A program made the position numbers and the translations under genes. This document shows, piece by piece, positions 10,231 through 18,289 of a stretch of DNA of 64,000 nt. Location of the stretch: contig CAVBGJ010000007.1 of assembly GCA_963595065.1 (NCBI GenBank), positions 26,746-90,745 of the forward strand. The letters run 5' to 3'. The DNA comes from Christensenellaceae bacterium Phil1. Lineage in GTDB: Bacteria; Actinomycetota; Coriobacteriia; Coriobacteriales; Eggerthellaceae. Each line of letters begins with the position of its first letter. The first letter of the stretch is position 1. A model generated the notes under the pieces. The model saw only the letters and a program-made list of their open reading frames with translations. It did no database searches and was not told where the DNA came from.

Positions 10231-10311
10231 TTAACGGCGCTGGCTGACTTCGATGATCCCAAGTACAACCATAAGAATCGCGCAAAGCGCGAGAATAGTC
10301 TGATCGTCCAT
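10231..10311 (-). CDS. Putative type I toxin, 26-aa peptide MDDQTILALCAILMVVLGIIEVSQRR
   Basis: Hand-translated; SD AAAGGGGG in a hairpin; third paralog. Confidence 0.7.
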   Translation of the reverse strand: MDDQTILALCAILMVVLGIIEVSQRR

Positions 10312-10409
10312 GAGCGGCGCCCCCTTTCAAAAAAGGGCTGCCCAGGTGCGGAACACCGTAGATTAGAATATCAAAAAAGCAAGAGAAGTATGCCCAGCTT
10401 GGCGCACGG

Positions 10410-11705
10410 TTAAGCCCCCAATAGTGCCGCCGGGATCACCTGTACGCCATCATCGCGGGTATAGGCAAGGCTGCCGCGCCCCACCACAACGGCAAGGAAC
10501 GCAGGTTGAGCGGTTTGGGTCAACGGATTGGCGCACAGCTTATCGCGCAGCTTCAGCAAATTCCTTGCCCCATCATCAGCTTTCGTGTCGCTGAGCTTTA
10601 CCTCGATCGCGCCCCAAGACCCACCACGCTGAACGATTGCGTCCACCTCAAGGCCGTTCTCGTCACGATAATAGAAAACGTCATTTCCCAAACCTGAATA
10701 TGTTGACAAGAAAACCCGCAGGTCGCGTATAACCAGGTTCTCGAACAGCATGCCAAGGGTCTGCGTATCGTGCAAAAGACTCTCGGGCGCTGCGCCAAGC
10801 AAGGCACAGGCAAGGGATGGATCGCAAAAGTAGCGCTTGGGCTTCACACGCACCCTTGCCTTGGATCGCATAGGAGGTTCCCAGCCGCGCAGCTCTTCCG
10901 TAAGCTTCAGTCTGTCGAACAAGTCCAGGTAGGCAGCTATCGTATCCTCGCTGGGTTTCGCCTCGCCGCCCGCCATGTCGTTGGCAAGCGTCTTATAGGT
11001 AACGGCTTGACTCTCGTTCATCGCGAGCGCCCGCAAAAGCGCAAGGCCGGTCTGGGGCGACCTGCCATCTTCCAGCACATTGATGTCCAGAACAGATTGC
11101 ACGTACTGCCCCGCAGTTTCCGCGGCAGCCTCATCGGCGAGGCCAAGGTTCGCAGGCCAGCCGCCCCGGCAGCACCAGCGCGCCACATCGGCCAGACCGG
11201 TTTCCTTGCGAGCCGGAACAAGCCCATTGCCATTCAGTAACGCCGCAAGGGACACCCGCGCTTTCCCATCGCCCGATTCGCACAGAGCCATTGGACGCAT
11301 GGAAAGACGAGCGATTCTGCCTGTTCCGGAATGGCGCACTTTACCGCGGTCCCCGCGCCCCAACGAAGTTGAGCCGGTAAGCAAGAGCGCGCCGCGCTGG
11401 TTGCCCGAATTGTCCACAAAGCGCCGAGCCGCATCCCAGACTTCCGGCACTTCCTGCCATTCGTCCACAAGGTGAGGCTTATCGCCGACGAGCGCCAGCG
11501 TCGGGTCCATTTCCGCGGCTTCCCGGTCGGAAGGTTCGTCGAGCTTGGTCATCGACGATGCGCGCGTCATAGCGGTCCAGGTTTTGCCGCACCACTTCGG
11601 CCCGTTGATCTCCACGCAGCCGAATGCCGCCATAAGGGCATCGAGCCTGGTCTCTATAAGCCTTGGCCGATAGCCATCGGGGGTAAGCGTTTCCTTTGCA
11701 GCCAC
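10410..11705 (-). CDS. AAA_14/DUF4143 ATP-binding protein (ATPase, wHTH, PD-(D/E)xK-like C-terminus)
   Basis: Walker A GPKWCGKT, Walker B LVDEWQ, LLLTGS, C-terminal EVDAIV..AIEVK; GTG start after GGAAGGAG. Confidence 0.88.
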   Translation of the reverse strand: MAAKETLTPDGYRPRLIETRLDALMAAFGCVEINGPKWCGKTWTAMTRASSMTKLDEPSDREAAEMDPTLALVGDKPHLVDEWQEVPEVWDAARRFVDNSGNQRGALLLTGSTSLGRGDRGKVRHSGTGRIARLSMRPMALCESGDGKARVSLAALLNGNGLVPARKETGLADVARWCCRGGWPANLGLADEAAAETAGQYVQSVLDINVLEDGRSPQTGLALLRALAMNESQAVTYKTLANDMAGGEAKPSEDTIAAYLDLFDRLKLTEELRGWEPPMRSKARVRVKPKRYFCDPSLACALLGAAPESLLHDTQTLGMLFENLVIRDLRVFLSTYSGLGNDVFYYRDENGLEVDAIVQRGGSWGAIEVKLSDTKADDGARNLLKLRDKLCANPLTQTAQPAFLAVVVGRGSLAYTRDDGVQVIPAALLGA

Positions 11706-11754
11706 CGCGTTCTCCTTCCAATAATCCTTCAATCGGTATTTTACGCCATTTGCA

Positions 11755-11838
11755 TTCGGGAAAATACGGGAATCCTATTCGGGAGAATACGCACTTTCCG
11801 TTCGGGAAAATACGGAAATTTCAACCGGGAAATTACGC
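11755..11838. repeat. 4x TTCGGGAAAATACG core, exact 23-bp period
   Basis: Units at 11755, 11778, 11801, 11824, about 50 bp upstream of the ATPase start. Confidence 0.9.
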
Positions 11839-11914
11839 GTAAACAGAAAACCAGCGCCCTTAGCGACATTCGTGCATTGAAACAGCTATATGAGCAGGTG
11901 TTTCATTGAATCCG

Positions 11915-12102
11915 ATACGCTTTTCCATCCCGTTTTGCAGGGTTTCACTTGCGTTTTCCAACCCAAAAACAGCCAAATCACTTGCGTTTTCCAACCAGAG
12001 TGGCTTGCCCTAGGGCTTCGGTGGGCAATGGATTTTCGAAAAAAAAACAGTAGCCAAGCCAACAAAAGCTAAAAAAGCTAACGGATGTTGGCGCCTGCCA
12101 AC
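11915..12102. repeat. Second copy of the 9114-9300 repeat block
   Basis: CTTGCGTTTTCCAACC at 11948 and 11981, then ..GCTTGCCCTAGGGC..AAGCTAAAAAAGCTAAC. Confidence 0.9.
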
Positions 12103-12202
12103 TGAAACGAAACGGTCGTCACGGGTCGACCCTGTTCAATGGTCCGCTTTAGCGTGCTAAAGAGTGACTGCCCCCGATATGCCTCGCAGCGGCTCGTTCG
12201 TG

Positions 12203-13486
12203 CTACACGGTGAGACATGTTATGGGCAGGACGAACACGCCATCGCTGCGTCGCATCGCGTAACCCCCGGGCGTAACAACCGCGCAAAATGCCGGGTAGC
12301 CCATTACGGTTGTGTCGATCTTATCCCGCAGTTTCAAGAGGCTTGCGGCTCCCTCGTCTACGAACGAAGCACCGAGCTTCATTTCGAAAAGGGCGTATCT
12401 GCCGTCCCGAAGCTGGATAACAGCATCGGCTTCCCTGCCTGCATCGTCGTGGTAATGGAACACTTCCCCGGAAAGAGCTTGAGCGTAAACGCGCAGGTCG
12501 CGAACGCAAAGAGACTCGAACAGCAAGCCCAGCGTTGCCGTGTCCATAAGCAGCGATCTGGGGCTTGCGCCAAGCGCCGCAGCAGCAATGGAGGGACACG
12601 CATAGTGACGGGTTGGGGTTTTCGTTATACGCGCCCGCGCACGGTGCGATGGAGTCCATGCGGAAAGCTCCTGGATAACGTAGAGCCTGCGCAGAGCTGC
12701 CAAATACCCGTTCACCGTGTCGCGCGAAAGCTCGATGCCGCGCGCCTTCAGGTCTTTGTTGATGGTGGACTGCGTTGCTTGGGACGACGTTACCCGCGCA
12801 TACCCCCGCATGATTAAACGTGCATATTGGGGATTGCGCTCAACGCCGTCAACGCGGGAAATGTCCTGCTCAGCAATGGTGGCAAGGTAATCGCCGGCGA
12901 ATTCAAGCGCATCCTCTTCGTTCGGAAAGGTAACGGCACGTGGCCAACCGCCCCGGCAAACAAGGTAGGCGATGCGCTCGATGTCGCATTCCGAATAGCC
13001 GAAGCAATCTTCCTGCCCGTCGAACAGCGCGCCAAGGGAAACCTCGGCCGTCGAATCCTTGGATTCGGCAAGGCTCATAAGTCCCATATCGACAGAGGCT
13101 ATCCTCCCAGCACCGGAATGCGACGGAAGAGAGGTGGGCGTTGAAGACCCGGTAAGCAGGAACCGGCCGGGTTCGCTGTTGCCGTCAACAGCAAAGCGTA
13201 CAGCATCCCACAGCTGCGGAGCCTCTTGCCATTCATCGATAAGGCGCGGGGACGAGCCCTCCAGCAGCAGCGACGGTTTTGTTTGGGCTAGGAGCTGATA
13301 GTCCTTCCGTTTGTCGGGATCTTGCATCATGACCCAGCTGGATGCTTGTTGCATGGCAGACTGCGTTTTGCCGCACCATTTCGGCCCCCTGATTTCAACC
13401 GCGCCTATATAGCCGAGCTTCCGCTTGATAAGGGCGTCAGCGAAGCGGGGCAGGTAATGATCTGCATCCATTTTCTGATTAGCCAC
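12203..13486 (-). CDS. AAA_14/DUF4143 ATP-binding protein
   Basis: GPKWCGKT, LIDEWQ, FLLTGS, EADAVI..LFEMK; GTG start after AGGAAGGGG. Confidence 0.88.
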   Translation of the reverse strand: MANQKMDADHYLPRFADALIKRKLGYIGAVEIRGPKWCGKTQSAMQQASSWVMMQDPDKRKDYQLLAQTKPSLLLEGSSPRLIDEWQEAPQLWDAVRFAVDGNSEPGRFLLTGSSTPTSLPSHSGAGRIASVDMGLMSLAESKDSTAEVSLGALFDGQEDCFGYSECDIERIAYLVCRGGWPRAVTFPNEEDALEFAGDYLATIAEQDISRVDGVERNPQYARLIMRGYARVTSSQATQSTINKDLKARGIELSRDTVNGYLAALRRLYVIQELSAWTPSHRARARITKTPTRHYACPSIAAAALGASPRSLLMDTATLGLLFESLCVRDLRVYAQALSGEVFHYHDDAGREADAVIQLRDGRYALFEMKLGASFVDEGAASLLKLRDKIDTTVMGYPAFCAVVTPGGYAMRRSDGVFVLPITCLTV

Positions 13487-13512
13487 GGTATCCCCTTCCT
13501 GCGCAAACAACT

Positions 13513-13668
13513 GATTGCGGAGTTTTCAACCAACCGATTACGACGATTCTAACCAACCAATTGCGGAGTTTTCAACCAACCGATTGCGGAGTTTCTGACC
13601 AGCCGATTGCGGAGTTTCTGACCAGCCGATTGCGGAGTTTCTGACCAGCCGATTGCGGAATTTCTGAC
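13513..13668. repeat. Tandem array of 23-bp units GATTGCGGAGTTT(TCAACCAACC/CTGACCAGCC), 6 full + 1 partial
   Basis: Units at 13513, 13536 (degenerate), 13559, 13582, 13605, 13628, 13651; no spacers. Confidence 0.95.
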
Positions 13669-13732
13669 GGAAAAGTGGCATATTCGCCGCAAGAAATGCA
13701 GGAAAAAGTGGCAGATGCCTATTCTGAGCAGG
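13669..13732. repeat. Inverted copy of the 8975-9068 leader (2 units of GGAAAA(A)GTGGCA)
   Basis: GGAAAAGTGGCATATTC..GGAAAAAGTGGCAGATGCCTATTCTGAGCAGG matches the reverse complement of 8975-9068 minus one unit. Confidence 0.85.
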
Positions 13733-13765
13733 GGATTCTATGAACAAACGGTTTGCGCAGAAGAG

Positions 13766-13802
13766 CCTTAAGGAAGCATGAGCGCTTATGACTGCAAGGA
13801 GC
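13766..13802 (+). repeat. 37-bp direct repeat, left copy
   Basis: CCTTAAGGAAGCATGAGCGCTTATGACTGCAAGGAGC; one mismatch to 14969-15005. Confidence 0.9.
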
Positions 13803-13803
13803 T

Positions 13804-13846
13804 GCTTTCTTATAGCTATCTATATAATGCGTAGCTATAAGAAAGC
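13804..13846. promoter_or_regulatory. Perfect 15-bp inverted repeat enclosing TATAAT
   Basis: GCTTTCTTATAGCTA-tctatataatgcg-TAGCTATAAGAAAGC. Confidence 0.55.
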
Positions 13847-13946
13847 CCTCTTTGGCGAGCCGAAGCGTCAGAATGCCCTACTGTCACATCGCCCAGAATC
13901 GCGGTACCTTGTTAGCTATCGGCACAAAAACCGTCACAAAGTATTA

Positions 13947-14031
13947 AAAGTCGTTAGAAGAAATTAAGCCAACGCGAAAAAGTCCCTTGAAAAAAGTTTA
14001 GAATCTTCTATAAAGTCGCTTGAAAAAGTTA
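13947..14031. repeat. 3x AAAGTCxxTxGAAxAA, 32-33-bp period, upstream of ATPase
   Basis: Units at 13947, 13979, 14012. Confidence 0.8.
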
Positions 14032-14057
14032 CATAAGCGCAGTTGGAGGCTTGAATC

Positions 14058-14911
14058 ATGCTCAGGCGTAAAATAATCGATCAATTGGCCGCCTGGAAAA
14101 CAGACCCCGACCGTAAGCCGATCATACTCAAGGGCTGCAGACAGTGCGGCAAAACCTTTGCTGTGCTCCAGTTCGCACGCGAGAACTATGAGAATGTTGT
14201 CTATCTCAACTTTTTTCAGAACGCTAAGGCCAAAGAAGTGTTCGCGGACTCTCTCGACGTTGACTATCTTACGATGATGATATCAGCGCTCCTGGGCCCA
14301 CAAACCCGCTTCGTTCCCGGCAAGACCGCCATTGTCCTCGATGAGATCCAAGAGTGCCCCCAAGCGCGCACCGCTCTCAAATTCTTCTGCGTCGATGGAC
14401 GCTACGACATTATCGGCACAGGCTCGCTGCTCGGCGTTTCCGGCTATGGGGCAACTCCCGCATCGGTTCCCGTAGGTTACGAGACTGTTGTCGACATGCA
14501 TCCGCTCGATTTCGAGGAGTTCTGCTGGGCTTGCGGCATCAACGAGCAATTGATTGACTTGCTGCGCGGGTGCTTGGAGGAAACATCCTCAACGGCAGCT
14601 TGCACAGCTACAAGGGAGCCATCTTCGAGAACCTCATCGCCGATGTTTTCTCGAAGATGGGACGGAAGCTCTATTACTTCCATAAGGACTCGGGGCTTGA
14701 ACTGGACTTCGTGATCCGTTACAAAGGCCGCTGTATACCAGTCAAGGTCAAGGCAAACGACGGCAACGCCAAAAGTCTTAAGACCGTCCTCAAGCATCCC
14801 GAAAAGTATCACGTGGAAAACGCGATCAAGCTCGCAGATCTTAATGTGGGGCGCAGCGGGCCAGTCCTGACCCTGCCGCTCTATATGGCTTTCCTGCTGG
14901 ACGAAGCCTAA
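14058..14911 (+). pseudogene. AAA_14/DUF4143 ATPase with internal deletion and frameshift
   Basis: N-terminal GCRQCGKT/VLDEIQ to about 14580, joined out of frame to 'GAIFENLIAD..ELDFVI..IPVKVK'. About 280 codons in total versus about 430-455 in the intact paralogs. Confidence 0.85.
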
Positions 14912-14968
14912 GGCGCAGACGTACAGCCCTCGATCTTTTTCCGCAGAACCAGAAGCTCAGCAACAAAT

Positions 14969-15005
14969 CCTTAAGGAAGCATGGGCGCTTATGACTGCAA
15001 GGAGC
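14969..15005 (+). repeat. 37-bp direct repeat, right copy
   Basis: CCTTAAGGAAGCATGGGCGCTTATGACTGCAAGGAGC. Confidence 0.9.
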
Positions 15006-15067
15006 GTCAGAACGCCCTCGCTGCCGTGTCGGTTCAATCGCGGCCGCCGATTGGCTGCGCCTGCTCG

Positions 15068-16870
15068 CTATTCCTGCCCGTGAAGGTCCAGGTAGGCGCC
15101 GGTTTGGCGGCCCCAGAGGTGGGCGTATTCCCCGCCCTGCTCTACCAGCTGGGCATGCGGGCCGTCTTCCACGATCTTGCCGCCGTCCAACACCACGATG
15201 CGGTCGAGGTTGGCCACCGTGGAAAGGCGATGCGCCACCACGATGCAGGTGCGCCCGCGCATCAGCGTTTCCAGCGCGTCCTGCACCAGCTTCTCGCTCT
15301 CGGAATCAAGCGCGCTGGTGGCTTCGTCCAGCACCAGCACAGGGCAGTCGGCCAGCAGAGCGCGGGCAATGGCTATGCGCTGGCGTTGGCCGCCCGAAAG
15401 CTTCACGCCGCGTTCGCCCGTAACCGTATCGAAGCCCTGCGGCAGGCGCTCGATGAACTCCAGCGCATTGGCCTGCGCGGCAGCCTGGCGAACCTCTTCC
15501 CTGCTTGCCTCGGGCCGGCCGTAGGAAATGTTCTCGGCAATGGTGCGGTGGAACAGCAGCGCCTCTTGCGGCACGTAGGCAATCTGGCGGCGCAGGCTCT
15601 GCTGGGTGCAGTCGGCGATGTTCTGCCCATCCACCAGGATGCTGCCTTCCTGGATGTCGGAAAGGCGCAGCAGAAGCTTGGTCAACGTGGTTTTACCCGC
15701 GCCGCTCATACCCACCAAACCAACCCGCTGGCCTGCGGGAATGCTAAGGCAGAACTTGTCGAACACCTGCGTGCGCGTATTGCCATCGGTGTAGAAGAAG
15801 TCGATATCCTTGAACTGGATGGCGCCTTCGGTCACTTCTAGGTCGGGCGCACCGGGCTTGTCGTCCACCAGGCGCGGCTCGTCCAGCACAGCCGTCATGC
15901 CGCTGGCATCGCCGAAGGCGCGGTTAAAGCGCTGCAAGCCGTTGTTGATGAAGTTGAACTGGTTGGTGATGGTGTACGTGTAGGTGAACATCAGTACCAG
16001 CGTGCCCGGCGTGATACCGAACCACGCATTGCCGCCGGCGATGAACACGGCCACCACGCTCATGATGACCACGGTGATGCACGCGGTTATGATGCCGCGG
16101 GTAAGCGATGCCCACATGCGCTTCGAATCGCGCAGCACCACTTCCCTGTTGGCGGCGTCGAACAGCCCGCGCTCGTAGTCTTCGCGGCCGTAGGTTTTCA
16201 CCGCCAGGATGTTCGCCACCGAATCGGAAAGCTCGCCGGAAAGGTTGTTCTGCGCGCCGGCGGCTTTCTCGTTAAGCGACAGGATGCGCTTGTACATGTA
16301 GTACGAAACGCTGGCGTAGATAACCAGCAGCAGCATGAGGATGGCCACGTACAGCGGCACGCGCGGCGCCAAGATCCCGCAGGTGAACACGATAGAGCAC
16401 AGCACCGGCATGAACGGGAAGTTGATGGTCTCGATTATCTGGTTGTACGCGCTCATGAACTTGGAGGTTTGGCTTACCAGCGTGCCACCGAAGCGGTTGG
16501 AATGGAAGCTCATGCTCTGGTTGCACAGCGCGTCGAAGCTCATGGTTGCCAGGTCGTAGCTTGCGGCTATTTCCAACTTGTACAGCGTGTAGTCCTGCAG
16601 CTTGCTGGCGGCCTGGCCGAGCACGTTGATGAGTATGAGCGCCAGCACGAACGGCCCGTAGGCGGCGAACACCTGGCTGGCTTCCACCGGCTGGGCGCTT
16701 ACCTTGTCCACGATAAGGCTCATGACGTACGGGTTGCCGTAGGTAAGCAGCGCCACGAAGGCGAACGTGCTGAACATCAGCCCGAAGAAGTAGCCCTTGT
16801 GGTTCCTGGTTACTTGCCAATAGAAAAGCAGCGTGCGGCGCGTGGTTGATTGTTTCCTAGGCCTGCCCAT
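15068..16870 (-). CDS. ABC exporter, fused permease/ATPase
   Basis: TM domain, GMSGAGKT, LSGGQRQR, LVLDEATSALD; ATG 16870 overlaps the rsmA end. Confidence 0.92.
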   Translation of the reverse strand: MGRPRKQSTTRRTLLFYWQVTRNHKGYFFGLMFSTFAFVALLTYGNPYVMSLIVDKVSAQPVEASQVFAAYGPFVLALILINVLGQAASKLQDYTLYKLEIAASYDLATMSFDALCNQSMSFHSNRFGGTLVSQTSKFMSAYNQIIETINFPFMPVLCSIVFTCGILAPRVPLYVAILMLLLVIYASVSYYMYKRILSLNEKAAGAQNNLSGELSDSVANILAVKTYGREDYERGLFDAANREVVLRDSKRMWASLTRGIITACITVVIMSVVAVFIAGGNAWFGITPGTLVLMFTYTYTITNQFNFINNGLQRFNRAFGDASGMTAVLDEPRLVDDKPGAPDLEVTEGAIQFKDIDFFYTDGNTRTQVFDKFCLSIPAGQRVGLVGMSGAGKTTLTKLLLRLSDIQEGSILVDGQNIADCTQQSLRRQIAYVPQEALLFHRTIAENISYGRPEASREEVRQAAAQANALEFIERLPQGFDTVTGERGVKLSGGQRQRIAIARALLADCPVLVLDEATSALDSESEKLVQDALETLMRGRTCIVVAHRLSTVANLDRIVVLDGGKIVEDGPHAQLVEQGGEYAHLWGRQTGAYLDLHGQE

Positions 16871-17741
16871 GAAGCTCCAAGTACGCGCGCCCCAGGCCGA
16901 TGAAAGCCTCGCGCTCAAGCGATTCGCCGCGTGCCTTGGCCGAAACGCCGGCGCGGGCAAGCACATCGGGGATGTTGGCCAGCATAAGGCCGTCGGCAGT
17001 GGCCGGGTTGCTGAAATAGGTTTTCATGGAGTTGGCGATGGTCTTACGGCGCGTGGCGAAGGCGGCATCGGCCATGGTCATGGCGGCCGCACGCAGGCTG
17101 CCCTCCAGCTGGTCGGAGCGGCGGTCCATGCGGATAACGGCGCTCTTCACGCGCGGCGGCGGGAAGAAGTTACCCTCCGAAACGGCGAAGCGGCCATGGT
17201 ATTCGGCCAGCAAACCCAGCTTAACCGTGTAGGCGCCGTAGTTCTTGGTGCCCACCTTGGCGCACATGCGGTCGGCCACTTCGGCCTGCACCATAACGGT
17301 TTGGCTCTGCAGGCTCTCGTAGCGCTCGAAGAAGTCGAGGATGATGGTGGCGGCCACCGCATAGGGCAGGTTCGACACCAGCTTGTTCGGAGCGAAGGGA
17401 ACCTGGTCGGGCGAAACGGCCAGGGCGTCGCCGGAAATAAGCGTGAAGCCGCCTTCCCATTCGGCGCAGGTTTCCGCCAGCACGGCGGGCAGGTCGGCGT
17501 CCATCTCGATGGAGGCAACCTTGCCGGCGCGCTGCAGCAGCGCCACGGTAAGCGTGCCGATACCCGGGCCCACTTCCAGAACGTTGTCGGCCGGGCACAG
17601 CTCGGCCAGGTTGCAGATCTTTTCCACCACCCCATCGTTGATAAGGAAGTGCTGGCCCAAGGCCTTCTTCGTCATAAGGCCATGCGCTTCGAGCACGGCG
17701 CGGGTTTCCGATACGGAAGCCAGGTAAGAGAGCTTGCCCAC
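16857..17741 (-). CDS. rsmA: 16S rRNA adenine dimethyltransferase
   Basis: KKALGQHFL, VLEVGPGIGTLT, VSNLPY, FFPPPRVKSAV. Confidence 0.95.
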   Translation of the reverse strand: MGKLSYLASVSETRAVLEAHGLMTKKALGQHFLINDGVVEKICNLAELCPADNVLEVGPGIGTLTVALLQRAGKVASIEMDADLPAVLAETCAEWEGGFTLISGDALAVSPDQVPFAPNKLVSNLPYAVAATIILDFFERYESLQSQTVMVQAEVADRMCAKVGTKNYGAYTVKLGLLAEYHGRFAVSEGNFFPPPRVKSAVIRMDRRSDQLEGSLRAAAMTMADAAFATRRKTIANSMKTYFSNPATADGLMLANIPDVLARAGVSAKARGESLEREAFIGLGRAYLELHGQA

Positions 17742-18283
17742 TAGGCACCCCACTTTCCCAAACAATCAGGACGGATAGTCTTAAGCCCCACCAGGGGCAC
17801 CACTTCATCGATGGCGAAGCCCGCCAGCGCCATGCTGGAGCGCACGGTTGCCACCAGCGGGTCGAAGCCATGCGGGTCGCCGCCGTCGCCCACCACGAAC
17901 AGGGTGAGCGGGCGCTTTTCCGCCGGCGGAAGGCCGGCGCGCTTGCGCTTCAGGTACTCCCAGAAATACGGCTGCATGCGGTCCAGCACGGCCTTCGCCT
18001 GCGAGGGCGCGCCCGCGAAGTAGATGGGAACAACCATCAGCACATGCTGCGCCCGTTCCAATTGGGCCAGAAGGCCCGTCATATCGTCTTCGTAGATGCA
18101 CGTGCCCGCCGTTTCGCAGAAGGCGCAGCCGTTGCAGCCTTCCACCTGGGAAGCGGCAACCTCGAACAGCTCGCATTCGTCCTGCGGGCAGGTGCGCTCC
18201 AGGTACGCGGTAAGCAGGCGCACCACCCGGGCGCATTTGCCGTTGATGCGCGGACTGCCGTTGATGATGAGCCACGTGCCCAT
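17741..18283 (-). CDS. Flavodoxin family / NADPH-dependent FMN reductase
   Basis: INGSPR, CxxCxxC-x5-C, PIYF. Confidence 0.85.
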   Translation of the reverse strand: MGTWLIINGSPRINGKCARVVRLLTAYLERTCPQDECELFEVAASQVEGCNGCAFCETAGTCIYEDDMTGLLAQLERAQHVLMVVPIYFAGAPSQAKAVLDRMQPYFWEYLKRKRAGLPPAEKRPLTLFVVGDGGDPHGFDPLVATVRSSMALAGFAIDEVVPLVGLKTIRPDCLGKWGA

Positions 18284-18289
18284 GGGTGC

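Noticed and set aside
12096..12106. TGCCAACTGAA half-match to the kinase-module operator
   Set aside because: Only a half site, non-palindromic and far from the module; likely chance.
13513..13668. CRISPR array
   Set aside because: Head-to-tail 23-bp units without unique spacers, and no cas genes in the window.
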